Source: Verrucomicrobiota bacterium (GTDB lineage: Bacteria > Verrucomicrobiota > Verrucomicrobiia > Opitutales > Seribacteraceae). Taken from it: 64,000 nucleotides of DNA. Below the pieces are notes generated by a model. The model searched no databases and was not told the origin of the DNA. It worked only from the letters and a program-made list of their open reading frames with translations. Location: assembly GCA_027622665.1 (NCBI GenBank), contig JAQBYT010000002.1:224001-288000 (forward strand), in the 5' to 3' direction. The translations under genes were made by a program, and so were the position numbers. The stretch's first letter is position 1, and each line of letters begins with the position of its first letter. This document shows positions 11,069-21,511 of the stretch, piece after piece.

Positions 11069-11330
11069 GGGCATTACATCGTGTTCGTCAGTCGAACGAA
11101 TGAAAAAGGCCATACGACAACTGTGCGGCTATACGCGAGGATTGTATGGAAGCTCGTATGAATCTGAAATCAACATCGCTGCTCGCCATGGTGAAGTGAT
11201 TGTTAAGACGCCTTGTGTGGATTAAATGTACATGACGCAAAAACGCGTTAAAAAAACGCATTAGCGAGGCAGTAAGTGGTCGTAACCCTTAAGGGTCCGT
11301 CTATTGTATTACGTAATGAAGATTCACTGC

Positions 11331-12605
11331 ATGAAGGTTCGACTTAGGTTTATTTCCGGTTTCTTCCTTTTCAATTTGATGTGGTGGCAGGGGCTCATGG
11401 CGGCCGATGCCGTCACGCCATCGCGTCCCAACGTCGTGCTGATCATCAGCGACGATCACGCCTGGACCGATTACAGCTTTGCAGGGCACCCCCACGCCAA
11501 AACCCCCAATATCGACCGGCTCGCCGCCGAAGGGCTGACCTATTCGCGCGGTTACGTCACCACCGCGATCTGCAGTCCATCGCTGGCGACGATGCTCACC
11601 GGGTTGCACCCACATCAGCACGGTATCACCGGCAACGATCCAGTCCGTGGGCAGCCGCGTACGTCCTGGCTCGACCCGTTTTTCAAAAAGCCGCTACTGC
11701 CCAAACTGCTCGCCGACGCAGGGTATCTGACCTTGCACACGGGGAAATTTTGGATGGGCGAGCCGGCCCGCGTTGGATTTACCGACGACATGGGCTCTAC
11801 CGGGCGACATGGCGGAAAGGCCCTTTCCATCGGCCGCAAATCGATGGAGCCGATCTACGACTTCATCGACAAGACCAAAGAACAGAAGAAACCGTTCTTC
11901 GTTTGGTACGCCCCGTTCCTGCCGCACACGCCCCACAATCCACCGGCGAGGCTGCTGGACAAGTATGCAGGAGTTAAGAGCGCCAAGTATCTCGCGATGA
12001 TCGAGTGGCTCGACGAGTCCTGCGGCGAGCTGATGGGGCAGCTGGAGGAAAAGGGCGTCGCCGACAACACGCTGGTGATCTACCTGGCCGACAACGGCTG
12101 GAACCAATACGGCAAGGCGCATCCGTACGAAAACGGTGTGCGCACCCCGGTCATCGCCCATTGGCCCGGCAAGATCCGACCGCGCAACGACGAGCGCCGT
12201 CTCGTCACGAATCTCGATGTGGTGCCGACGATTCTCACCGCTTGCGGCGTCACGCCCCCGCCGTCATTGCCCGGCATCGACTTGCTCGACGACAAGGCGG
12301 TGACGGATCGCGATACGCTGTTCTTGTCGAACTTCGCCCACGACATGGTGTCGGCGACGGAACCGGAAAAGAGCCTCTGGACGCGTTCCTGCGTTCATGG
12401 CAAGTGGAAGCTGATCACCTGGATTGAAAACCCGCCCAAAGTGCGTCCCTATGGCGGAGGTCATCGCCACAAGAATCCCGGCGCGGATTTGGAACTATTC
12501 GACCTCCTCGCCGACCCGCATGAAACGAAGAACCTGGCGAAACAGCACCCCGAAGTGGTCAAAGATCTGCTCGCGCGGATTGACGAATGGTGGAAGGTGG
12601 ACTGA
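11331..12605 (+). CDS. Sulfatase (S1, formylglycine-dependent type) with variant CSPSL motif
   Basis: RPNVVLIISDD, TPNIDRLA, CSPSLATMLTG, TGKFW, PH, ADNG, YENGVRTP, ELFDLLADPHETKNLA; start codon uncertain (11304-11379). Confidence 0.9.
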   Translation: MKVRLRFISGFFLFNLMWWQGLMAADAVTPSRPNVVLIISDDHAWTDYSFAGHPHAKTPNIDRLAAEGLTYSRGYVTTAICSPSLATMLTGLHPHQHGITGNDPVRGQPRTSWLDPFFKKPLLPKLLADAGYLTLHTGKFWMGEPARVGFTDDMGSTGRHGGKALSIGRKSMEPIYDFIDKTKEQKKPFFVWYAPFLPHTPHNPPARLLDKYAGVKSAKYLAMIEWLDESCGELMGQLEEKGVADNTLVIYLADNGWNQYGKAHPYENGVRTPVIAHWPGKIRPRNDERRLVTNLDVVPTILTACGVTPPPSLPGIDLLDDKAVTDRDTLFLSNFAHDMVSATEPEKSLWTRSCVHGKWKLITWIENPPKVRPYGGGHRHKNPGADLELFDLLADPHETKNLAKQHPEVVKDLLARIDEWWKVD

Positions 12606-12677
12606 GATCATCCCGTGATCCGGGATTGCTGAAGTGATACTCGACACGAAACCACAACGTCACAAAGAGATTTAGTT

Positions 12678-15227
12678 ATGCGACACAAACAATCCATATT
12701 CACGCTGGCGGCATTGATGTGCACCGTCTTGTGCGCCGGCGCGGCAGAGACCTTGATCAAGGATGACCCTTCCTTCAAAAAGGACGTCGTTCCTTTTTTC
12801 GAGGAGTATTGCATCAGGTGTCATGGCCCTGAAAAAAGCAAGGGCAAGATCTCGCTGCACACACTCGACGGAGATTTGTCGTCGGGACGCGAGCCGGAGC
12901 GTTGGGAGGACGTACTCGAAATGCTCGAAAGTGGTGAAATGCCGCCCGAAGACGAAGCTCAACCGAATCAGACCGAACGCATGGCAATCGCCGACTGGAT
13001 TAATCGCGGACTGCGTGATTACGTAAAAAAGGCCAGCAAGGCCGCAGTCGCCACGACGACCCGCCGGCTGACGAACTTCGAGTATCAAAATACGATGCGA
13101 GACTTGTTGGGTTTTGAGCTCGAGCTGACCAAGGACCTGCCGGTCGATCCGGACAAACCGTATCATTTCAACAATACCGCGAAAATGATGATGATCGGAC
13201 CGGATCAGCTCGTTCGCTACAAGGAAGTTGCGCGCAAGGCAATGGGGAGCGCGATCGTCGACCCGGGAAAGCCGGAAATTCACCGGGTCAGCTCGAAGTG
13301 GGAACATGGGAAACCCGGCAAAGGGGGGTTGTCTCAAGCTGAGATAGGCGTCTACCAGGGACCCGGGGTCGGAAGAAAAACGATCGGAGTGAAAAGCTGG
13401 CCCAAGACCGGAGAGTTCAGGATTCGTATCAAGGCATCGGGGAATTTCCCCCGGGGATTCGAGGAAGTCGCCCTAAGGTTGGTGATGGGGACCGATCTCC
13501 GCCATGATTCGGGATCGGGAGTCTATCATGAAGTGGGAATCGTTCATCTAACGAACTCTCCCGATCAACCTGAGGAGTTTGAATTTCGGGGGCGCATTGA
13601 AAACATCCCGGTTCAGCCGGCCAGGGCGACCAGAAACAAAATCATTCCACCCAGCATAACCATCACCGCTCAGAATGTTTTCGACAACGGGGAACTGAAC
13701 GATCACCGCAAGAGCGGGTTTGACGCATCCTGGAGCGCACGGGCCCCCCGCGTGGTCCTTGAGTCGCTCGATTTCGAGGCCCCCGTGGTCGAGGTCTGGC
13801 CTCCTGAACACCATACCCGCATCCTTTTTGAATCGCCTTTGCGCAATGAAAAGCCCGAGAAGTATGCTCGCGAGGTCATCAAGCGCTTCATGACGCGGGC
13901 GTTCCGACGTCCGGTTACCAAGGGCGAAGTTGATCACCATCACCGTATCTATAAGATCTACGATGCGGAGTTCGACACCCTTGAAGAGGCGATGCGCGAG
14001 ACCCTTGCGATGGTCCTGATATCGCCGCAGTTTCTTTATCATGCGGTGATTGATGACGTCGCAACCTCGAAGCAATATGAACTTGCCTCGCGTCTATCCT
14101 ATTTTCTCTGGGGAAGCATGCCGGATCAGGAGCTGTTTGATCTCGCTGCCTCAGGAAAGCTCAAAGACCGTGCAGTCATTGAGGCTCAGACGCGCCGGCT
14201 TTTGGCCGACAAGCGGGCCTTGGATTTTGTCGGAAACTTCACCACCCAGTGGCTGAGCATCGCCAAGATGAAAACGGTGAACGTCAATCGTGATCTTTTT
14301 CCGCGGTTTCTCTACACCGTGCACGTCGGTGAGAGGCGCGGACAGGAACAGTTGTTCCGTCCGACCATTCGCGACCATATGCTTGAGGAGACGGTGGGCT
14401 TCGTTGGCGAACTGATCCGTAAAAACGTGAGTATCATGAATGTCGTCGATTCAGATTTTGCTTACCTCAACGAACCGCTCGCAGTCCATTATGGGGTCGA
14501 AGGCGTTCGCGGATTGAAGCTTCGTGCCGTCCCGATCAAACCAGAACATCGTCTTGGAGGACTTCTGACGCAGGGGTCCGTGCTGGTAGGGAATTCCACG
14601 GGTTCGGCTCCACATCCGATTTATCGCGCGGTCTGGTTGCGTGAGGCGATTCTGGGCGACGAGGTCAAGCCACCACCGGCCGAAGTCCCGGCCTTATCCG
14701 ATTCCACCGGAGATTCCGCCGATGAAGCGGTCTCGATCAAGAACCTTCTGGCACTCCATCGAAACAAGGAGAGTTGTCGTGATTGCCACGTCCGTCTCGA
14801 CCCATGGGGGATATCGTTCGAGCGTTACAGCGCGATTGGTCAATACCAACCCTTGATTCCCAAAGACAAGGTGCGGGTGCGTGGTTTCAACCACAAGCAA
14901 GACCAGAACTTTGCCGGCTATCAGTCCTACCTGAAGTCGATTTATACCGAGAAAGTGGACGCCTCCTCGCGGGTGCCTCACGGACCTGCCGTGGACGGCA
15001 TGCAGAAGCTCAAGAAGTATTTGCTCAAGGACCGAAAGGATGAAATCGTCGAAAACGTCATACGCAGACTGATGACGTACGGAATCGGCAGGGAGCTAAC
15101 CTATCGCGACCGGTTTGAGGTTAAGAAATTGCTCGAGCAAGCGGAGCAAGAAGGATACAAGTTTCAAGAGGTGATCGTATCCATTTGCCTGAGCCCCGTG
15201 TTCAAGGAAACTGCAATCAACGAATAA
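12678..15227 (+). CDS. DUF1592/DUF1588 di-haem protein
   Basis: Signal peptide; CIRCHG...GEMPP; RRLTNFEYQNTMRDLLG; YELASRLSYFLWGSMPD; GGLLTQGSVL; CRDCH. Confidence 0.92.
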   Translation: MRHKQSIFTLAALMCTVLCAGAAETLIKDDPSFKKDVVPFFEEYCIRCHGPEKSKGKISLHTLDGDLSSGREPERWEDVLEMLESGEMPPEDEAQPNQTERMAIADWINRGLRDYVKKASKAAVATTTRRLTNFEYQNTMRDLLGFELELTKDLPVDPDKPYHFNNTAKMMMIGPDQLVRYKEVARKAMGSAIVDPGKPEIHRVSSKWEHGKPGKGGLSQAEIGVYQGPGVGRKTIGVKSWPKTGEFRIRIKASGNFPRGFEEVALRLVMGTDLRHDSGSGVYHEVGIVHLTNSPDQPEEFEFRGRIENIPVQPARATRNKIIPPSITITAQNVFDNGELNDHRKSGFDASWSARAPRVVLESLDFEAPVVEVWPPEHHTRILFESPLRNEKPEKYAREVIKRFMTRAFRRPVTKGEVDHHHRIYKIYDAEFDTLEEAMRETLAMVLISPQFLYHAVIDDVATSKQYELASRLSYFLWGSMPDQELFDLAASGKLKDRAVIEAQTRRLLADKRALDFVGNFTTQWLSIAKMKTVNVNRDLFPRFLYTVHVGERRGQEQLFRPTIRDHMLEETVGFVGELIRKNVSIMNVVDSDFAYLNEPLAVHYGVEGVRGLKLRAVPIKPEHRLGGLLTQGSVLVGNSTGSAPHPIYRAVWLREAILGDEVKPPPAEVPALSDSTGDSADEAVSIKNLLALHRNKESCRDCHVRLDPWGISFERYSAIGQYQPLIPKDKVRVRGFNHKQDQNFAGYQSYLKSIYTEKVDASSRVPHGPAVDGMQKLKKYLLKDRKDEIVENVIRRLMTYGIGRELTYRDRFEVKKLLEQAEQEGYKFQEVIVSICLSPVFKETAINE

Positions 15228-15234
15228 CAATCCC

Positions 15235-16572
15235 ATGAAACAAAAATCCTGGAATATCAATCGACGAGAGTTCGTACGAGGTGGTGGCGTTGCTCTGGCC
15301 TTGCCATTTCTTCAAGGCATGTCTTGGGGCAAGGCTACGGGGAAGGTTCTGCCGAAAAGGATGGTGGTAAGCTACGTTGCCTACGGAGTCTATGAACCGA
15401 AAACCAAGGACGGCTCTCATCATGATTGGAACTGGTGGCCGTGCAAGGACGCCGGTCCTCTCACCTTCAATCAATCGGCCGCGCCCTTCGCCCCGCTGAA
15501 AGATTCCGTGAGTTACCTTCGTGGTCTCGAACACGCAGGTGGGGTTGGCATGGGCGGCCACAGCAGTGGCGACGTCTTCGCTACCGGTGCCGACATGTCG
15601 GGTATGGAAAAAACAAACAACGTATCCGTCGATCAAGTTGCCGCGAAGGTTAATGGACATCATACCCGTTATCCTTCGCTCGTGTTGGGCACGGAAGGTG
15701 GCACGGGTTCGTATGGGAGCGCCAAGACCCTCTCGCATTACGGTCCCGGTCGCCCGATCCCGTCGATGCACCGGCCCCAGGAGATTTTCAACCGCCTGTT
15801 CAAGCCCTACGCAGGGAAAGGGATCGAGCAAGTTCGCGCCGATCTCAAACGAGAGGCGAGTGTGCTCGATCTGATGCTTGACGACTCAAAGAGGCTTCAT
15901 CGTAGACTTGGAAAAGAAGATCAAGCCAAGGTGGACGAGTATCTCGACTCCATACGCGCCTTGGAAAAGCGTGTCGAACGGACCAGTCAGTGGACGCACC
16001 AGCCCTTGCCGAACGTCGATACCAAGGGGCTGAACCTTGAGGTTTCCCACAAAGACCCCGAGCAATATACCCGATGCATGTATGACTTGCTTTATCTCGC
16101 GTTCCAAACGGATTTCACCCGTTTCGCCACCCTCATGCTTGAAAGCGAGCATTCCAGTGGCAGCGAGTTGTGGAACTACGCCAACTACGTGCTCGGATAC
16201 AAAGGGGCCACCCACGATATCGCCCACAAGCGACCGACCGAATCAGGGCAGTGGGATAACTGGCGGGCCAAGCAGCATGCCTACTTCCTGAAGCGCTTGC
16301 GAAATACTCCCGAAGGCGACAGCAACATGCTGGACCAGACGGTGGTCGTCTGGGGGTCGGCTCATCCGCACGCCTCGCACAATACCAGGAACTACCCGAT
16401 TCAGGTGGCGGGTGGGAAAGCGCTTGGATTCAGGCACGGGAACCTGCACTCGTTCGAGGGAGAGAAAAAGGTGCCGTTGGCAAACCTCTTCGTTTCGATG
16501 CTTCATGCAGTGAACGCGCCGGTAAAGTCTTTTGCCGACAGCACCGGAATGATGACCGAGTTGATGGCCTAG
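15235..16572 (+). CDS. DUF1552 family protein with Tat signal
   Basis: NRREFVRGGGVALALPFL; SVDQVAA; HDIAHK variant; EGDSNMLDQT; PLANLFVSML. Confidence 0.9.
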   Translation: MKQKSWNINRREFVRGGGVALALPFLQGMSWGKATGKVLPKRMVVSYVAYGVYEPKTKDGSHHDWNWWPCKDAGPLTFNQSAAPFAPLKDSVSYLRGLEHAGGVGMGGHSSGDVFATGADMSGMEKTNNVSVDQVAAKVNGHHTRYPSLVLGTEGGTGSYGSAKTLSHYGPGRPIPSMHRPQEIFNRLFKPYAGKGIEQVRADLKREASVLDLMLDDSKRLHRRLGKEDQAKVDEYLDSIRALEKRVERTSQWTHQPLPNVDTKGLNLEVSHKDPEQYTRCMYDLLYLAFQTDFTRFATLMLESEHSSGSELWNYANYVLGYKGATHDIAHKRPTESGQWDNWRAKQHAYFLKRLRNTPEGDSNMLDQTVVVWGSAHPHASHNTRNYPIQVAGGKALGFRHGNLHSFEGEKKVPLANLFVSMLHAVNAPVKSFADSTGMMTELMA

Positions 16573-16654
16573 GTATGATCGTTCTTCGCGCCAACACTAC
16601 ACTTTCGCATGGGCCTGTTTTCGGCGAAACTCCTTTGACTAATTACCGTATCAC

Positions 16655-18439
16655 ATGATGAAAAATCCTCACTGTTTTCTTTTCGCCTTCTTGTTCTTCA
16701 CTTTGATGCTCGGGCAGAACCTTTTTGCCGTCGATGCCTTGAAGGCGCACGGCATTTTTCGGAGCAACATGGTCTTGCAGCGCGACAAGCCAATCACCAT
16801 CTGGGGGTGGGCTCCGGTTGGAACCGAGGTCGAGGTTTCGTTCGGCAAACGATCCGCCAAAGCCAAGGCAGCGGGAGAGAAGGGTAGGTGGCAAGTGACC
16901 TTCGATTCCCAACCCGCCAATTCCAAGGGACAGGAACTGGTGGTGAAGGCGGGCAAGGAAGTCATCCGAATGGAAAATATCCTGATCGGCGATCTTTGGG
17001 TGATGAATGGTCAAAGCAACATGGCCTTCGCTTTGAAAGCCGTTTACCAAAACACCTTTGAGTCGGCCCAGGCTCACCTGCCTTTGATGCGTCACGTCCG
17101 GATCAACTCTTATGCGGAATCCGAACACATCGAAATCGATCTGGAAGAGAAGGATCTGAACGGCAACGATCCGGACAAGAATTGGAAAGTGGTCACCCCC
17201 GAGGTCGCTTTGGATATGGGGGCGATCGGATACGTCTTCGGATCCCGGCTCCAGCGCGTATTGCAAATACCCATCGGCATTATTGACAACTCCCGCGGCG
17301 GCGCTTCCATGGAGAGCCTGGTTCCTCGTCATAAGTTCAAGGAGCACCCGATGGCGGCCGAATACCTTGCGTGGGTGGAGAAGCATCACGCCGAGTTCGA
17401 CTGGGATGCGGCGCTTAAGAAGCCGGTCGAGAAATGGGAGAAAACTGTAGCCGACCAGCGCAAGAAGGGCGTCGCCGAGGACAAACTGCCGCCCAAACCG
17501 ACCCGTGAGAACTTGCGTTCTTGGAATGTGCCCGGGCGCAGCCCCAGTGATGCGGCGTCCTGCTACAACGGCATGTTCGGCGTTTTCAAAGGCCTCAACA
17601 TCAAGGGAGTGGCCTTTCACCAGGGATTCAACAACGCCATGATGAACACCAGTTGCAAGCCCAAGTTCTACCGCATCCTGATGAAACTGATGGTGGATGG
17701 TTGGCGAGAGGATTTCAATGATCCGCAATTGCCCGTGGCCATCATCGGACTGTGCGCCGGGGGCAACGCTCAGACGCGCCTTAATTTCGAGGAGTTGGGT
17801 TTTTCCACCGCGGCATACATCCGAGAATCTCAACGATTGGGTCTGGCCGACGTCAAGGAGGTCGCGAACACGGCTTTCATTCCCTCCTATGACCAGAAAA
17901 TTCCCCAGTTGCATACCAAGAAAAAGAAGGAACTTGGAATTCGCTCCTCCCGTTGGGCATTGAAGACGATTTACGGGATGGAGGACATCGTCTGGGACAC
18001 GGCCAATCTTCTCTCGGCGACCCCAAAAGACGGCAAGATCCTGCTCACCTTCGACAAGCCCGTCTTGCCCGATGACTTCGGTTCCGAACTCGAAGGGTTT
18101 TCAATTGCCGACAAGTCGGGCGTTCACTACCTCGCCCATGCGGTACTTGTTCAGGTCAGGGACAAGAAAGAGCGAAACAAACAGATCCTGGTTTCCTCTC
18201 CCTTGGTCAAGGAGCCGGTTTCCGTCCGATATGCCTGGGCTCGGGCCCCCATGGGCAACCTTAAAGTGGATGGGATTCCCTGGCAGCCCTTGCACAGTTT
18301 TCGCACCGACGCCATCGACTTTACCCCAGAGGTGACTCATCAGGATCCGGATGGAAAGGCCAAGAACTCCGAGGCGATCAAGTCGCTTAAAGCCCAAGCG
18401 GCCGAGGCCCTGAAGGCTAGAAACGAACAAGATGGGTAA
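16655..18439 (+). CDS. Sialate O-acetylesterase (SASA)-like carbohydrate esterase
   Basis: IFRSNMVLQRDKPITIWGWA; IGDLWVMNGQSNM; PIGII; YNGM; VRYAW...GNL...P..SFRTD. Confidence 0.85.
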   Translation: MMKNPHCFLFAFLFFTLMLGQNLFAVDALKAHGIFRSNMVLQRDKPITIWGWAPVGTEVEVSFGKRSAKAKAAGEKGRWQVTFDSQPANSKGQELVVKAGKEVIRMENILIGDLWVMNGQSNMAFALKAVYQNTFESAQAHLPLMRHVRINSYAESEHIEIDLEEKDLNGNDPDKNWKVVTPEVALDMGAIGYVFGSRLQRVLQIPIGIIDNSRGGASMESLVPRHKFKEHPMAAEYLAWVEKHHAEFDWDAALKKPVEKWEKTVADQRKKGVAEDKLPPKPTRENLRSWNVPGRSPSDAASCYNGMFGVFKGLNIKGVAFHQGFNNAMMNTSCKPKFYRILMKLMVDGWREDFNDPQLPVAIIGLCAGGNAQTRLNFEELGFSTAAYIRESQRLGLADVKEVANTAFIPSYDQKIPQLHTKKKKELGIRSSRWALKTIYGMEDIVWDTANLLSATPKDGKILLTFDKPVLPDDFGSELEGFSIADKSGVHYLAHAVLVQVRDKKERNKQILVSSPLVKEPVSVRYAWARAPMGNLKVDGIPWQPLHSFRTDAIDFTPEVTHQDPDGKAKNSEAIKSLKAQAAEALKARNEQDG

Positions 18440-18442
18440 AGA

Positions 18443-21400
18443 ATGAAACGGTTCCTTCATCCCTGTTCGTTCCTGTTTTGGTTCGCCTCCGCGGGCCTCG
18501 CTTTTGCCGAAGAGAAGCTCGTCGTTCCCGTTCAGGTGGAAGACCTCATGGCTAACTACTGTTTCGATTGCCATGATGAAGACACGCAAAAAGGAGATAT
18601 CCGGTTGGATAACCTGTCCGAACTAAAGCTTCCGAATAGGCTGGATCTGCTTAACCGGATGCAGGAGCAGGCCTTCTTCAGGCACATGCCTCCGAAAAAG
18701 AAAAAGGCCCAACCAAGCGAAGAGGAGCGCCAGCGTCTGGTGGACTGGATGTCGGGAGAACTGGGCAAGCACTATGCCTCCACGCTGGAGGGGAAGTTGC
18801 GCAAGCCCGAGTACGGAAACTACGTCGATCACGACAAGTTGTTCTCCGGGGAGTTCAAGGACTTGCCTGGTTTTACATATGACAGACGCTGGTTGATCAG
18901 CGAATACATCTTCAACGACAAGTTTGATCGAATGTTAAAAGGGCAGGCAACGGGATACCATCGCGGCAAGAGAGTTCCGGTTTTCGGCAGCAGGCGGTTT
19001 CACCATTTCACCCCCACGAATCCATTTCTGTTACCCACCCGTTCCGGGGTCCGTTACTACGCCAACACGGACCTGACCGGCGGTCATTTGTCGACGATGC
19101 TGACCAACGCGCAGAAAGCCGCCAAGCTAATGACCGACTACCTGGTGCCGCGCCACAAGAAGAGCAGGCAGAAGTACCTGCCTGCCGTTGTGGGAATCAT
19201 GGCGCTGGAAGATCAGCACGTTGCCACTTTGGAATCACGGCGCGTATTCCTCGAAACCAATATCGCCGAGGTTTGCAAGGATCTGTACGGCAAGGAAAAC
19301 GAGTCGCTGCTGCCGAAGTTTGTTCCCGTGGTACTCAACCAAGCCAAAGAGCTTGAAGAGGGGGAGACCTATAAGAAAGCTCCCTTTCATGTGGCCCAAG
19401 GCACCCTCCAGAAGCTAGGGGGCGAAGACGCCTTGTATCAGGCACTTTTGAATCAGAAGCTGAAAGACCTGAGCGATTCGGAGATTCGCAACCTTTGTGA
19501 GCGCCAGTGGTTCTACAATGGCGACCACGAACGCAAAATCCAGGGACGCGTCACCATGCTCCGCGACTACTTGCCCGAGGTGCGTAAGCAATTGGCGGAG
19601 CGCGGCACAAAAATCAAGCTACGCGTTTACAAGCCGCTCGCCGACGAGGAGATGACGGTTATCAATGCTGCCTTCACGAAGTTTCGCAAGAAGGGTGATT
19701 TGTTTACTGCCGTTATCGACAAGTGCATGACGCAATGGACCGATGATTTCCGAAGGGTACGGGTCGAAGTCGGCCCACCTTCCGATGAGCTTTTGATCCA
19801 ACTGGTGGACCAACTCTTTCTTCAAATTCTCGAACGGTCCCCCTCGGCCGACGAACAAGGTGAATACTTAGCCCTTGCAAAATCCTACGTCGCCAAGCTC
19901 GGCAATCTCAAGGCGATCCAAAAGATGATTCAAACCGTCATGCTCTCCAGCGAATTCGTTTACCGTCAGGAGTTTGGCAACGGAGAGCCCGATGAGCATG
20001 GCCGCCGGATGCTGTCGCCTCGGGATGCCAGCTACGCAATCGCCTACGCCCTGACTGATCAGAGTCCGGACGAGGAGCTTGCGAAAGCAGCAGCAGATGG
20101 CCGCCTCACTACCCGCGATGATTATCGTCGCGAAATTACCCGCATGCTTAAAAGGCGGGACCGCCATTACTTGGTCGACCCGATACTCATCGATAAAAAC
20201 CATCGGGAAAACGTCACCAGTATGCCAATCCGCGAACTCCGGTTTTTCCGGGAGTTCTTCGGCTACCCGAAGGCCATAACCATCTTCAAGGATGAGAAAC
20301 GCTTCGGCGTGGATCGGCTTGATTCGGCCACGGCCCGGTTACTTGGCGAAGCCGATCAACTCGTCGCGCATTTTCTCGAGAGTGACCGAAACGTTTTCGA
20401 AGAACTTCTCACCACGGAAAAATTCTACGTCTTTCACGACGGCGACAACGAGCGCATGCAAGCCGCCTCCGACCGGATCAAGCGCATCTACGAATACTTC
20501 AAGGATACCGATTGGAAGAACTTTGATCTGGAAGAGCTCGGCAAACACAAGGAGTTTCTTCGCGAGGTGAAGATCCGTTCCATCAACCCGGACAAACTTG
20601 AATCCGGAAATCGCTCGGGTACTGGTTTGCAGTTGTTCAAGAAATCCATGACCAGTATCACCGCCAGACTGGACAAAGGCCAGAAGGAAGCCGCCCCCTT
20701 CGACATGTACCGTGGCTACGGAAGTGACTTCATGCCCGGAGAAAATGTTTCGAGTTTTTTCAATTATCCCTTGATCAACTGGGACTACGCTACCGTCCAA
20801 CCCGGAAAAGTCCCCGACCGCAAAGGTTTTCTAACCCATCCGGCATGGCTTATCGCTCATGCCCAGAATACCGAAACCGACCCAGTCATCCGTGGTAAGT
20901 TTATCCGCGAAAAGCTCTTGGCCGGCACCATACCCGACATTCCCATTACGGTTGATGCCGTCATCCCCGAAGACCACCACGCCACCTTGCGCTCCCGCCT
21001 CGCCAAAGCCACCGAAATAAGTTATTGCTGGAAGTGTCACGATCTCATGAACCCGCTCGGATACCCGTTCGAAGCCTACGACGACTTTGGTCGTTTTCGT
21101 GTCCTGGAATCCCTCGAAAGTCCAGAGAATCTCATAAAGAAGAATCCCGACAAGGCCCCTAACCGCAACCACCTTCTGGATCTTCGGGACGTTTACAAAA
21201 CCCAACCGGTGGATGCGGCCGGTTACCTCAAGGGCACCGGCGATCCCAAGCTCGACGGGGAGCTCAGGGATGCCATCGATCTTGCCGAACGCTTGGGGAA
21301 ATCGAGACGGGTCCGCCAGTCCATCATCCGCCATGCCTTCCGGTATTTCATGGGACGCAACGAATCCCTGTCTGATTCGAAGACCCTGATCGATGCCGAG

Positions 21401-21511
21401 CAAGCCTATGCTGAAAGTGAAGGCAGTTTCGATGCCCTTGTAGTTTCCCTTTTAACTTCCGACTCCTTTGTGTACCGTAAGTCAATCAAGGAACAAACTC
21501 ATGACGACTAG
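18443..21511 (+). CDS. DUF1588-type di-haem protein, longer paralogue of 3027-5537
   Basis: DLMANYCFDCHD nearly identical to the 3027 gene; GFLTHPAWL...TDPVIRGKFIREKLL; CWKCH; RVRQSIIRHAFRYFMGRNE. Confidence 0.88.
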   Translation: MKRFLHPCSFLFWFASAGLAFAEEKLVVPVQVEDLMANYCFDCHDEDTQKGDIRLDNLSELKLPNRLDLLNRMQEQAFFRHMPPKKKKAQPSEEERQRLVDWMSGELGKHYASTLEGKLRKPEYGNYVDHDKLFSGEFKDLPGFTYDRRWLISEYIFNDKFDRMLKGQATGYHRGKRVPVFGSRRFHHFTPTNPFLLPTRSGVRYYANTDLTGGHLSTMLTNAQKAAKLMTDYLVPRHKKSRQKYLPAVVGIMALEDQHVATLESRRVFLETNIAEVCKDLYGKENESLLPKFVPVVLNQAKELEEGETYKKAPFHVAQGTLQKLGGEDALYQALLNQKLKDLSDSEIRNLCERQWFYNGDHERKIQGRVTMLRDYLPEVRKQLAERGTKIKLRVYKPLADEEMTVINAAFTKFRKKGDLFTAVIDKCMTQWTDDFRRVRVEVGPPSDELLIQLVDQLFLQILERSPSADEQGEYLALAKSYVAKLGNLKAIQKMIQTVMLSSEFVYRQEFGNGEPDEHGRRMLSPRDASYAIAYALTDQSPDEELAKAAADGRLTTRDDYRREITRMLKRRDRHYLVDPILIDKNHRENVTSMPIRELRFFREFFGYPKAITIFKDEKRFGVDRLDSATARLLGEADQLVAHFLESDRNVFEELLTTEKFYVFHDGDNERMQAASDRIKRIYEYFKDTDWKNFDLEELGKHKEFLREVKIRSINPDKLESGNRSGTGLQLFKKSMTSITARLDKGQKEAAPFDMYRGYGSDFMPGENVSSFFNYPLINWDYATVQPGKVPDRKGFLTHPAWLIAHAQNTETDPVIRGKFIREKLLAGTIPDIPITVDAVIPEDHHATLRSRLAKATEISYCWKCHDLMNPLGYPFEAYDDFGRFRVLESLESPENLIKKNPDKAPNRNHLLDLRDVYKTQPVDAAGYLKGTGDPKLDGELRDAIDLAERLGKSRRVRQSIIRHAFRYFMGRNESLSDSKTLIDAEQAYAESEGSFDALVVSLLTSDSFVYRKSIKEQTHDD

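Noticed and set aside
12610..12626. Hairpin atcccg-tgatc-cgggat after the sulfatase
   Set aside because: 6-bp stem with no U tract; not supportable as a terminator
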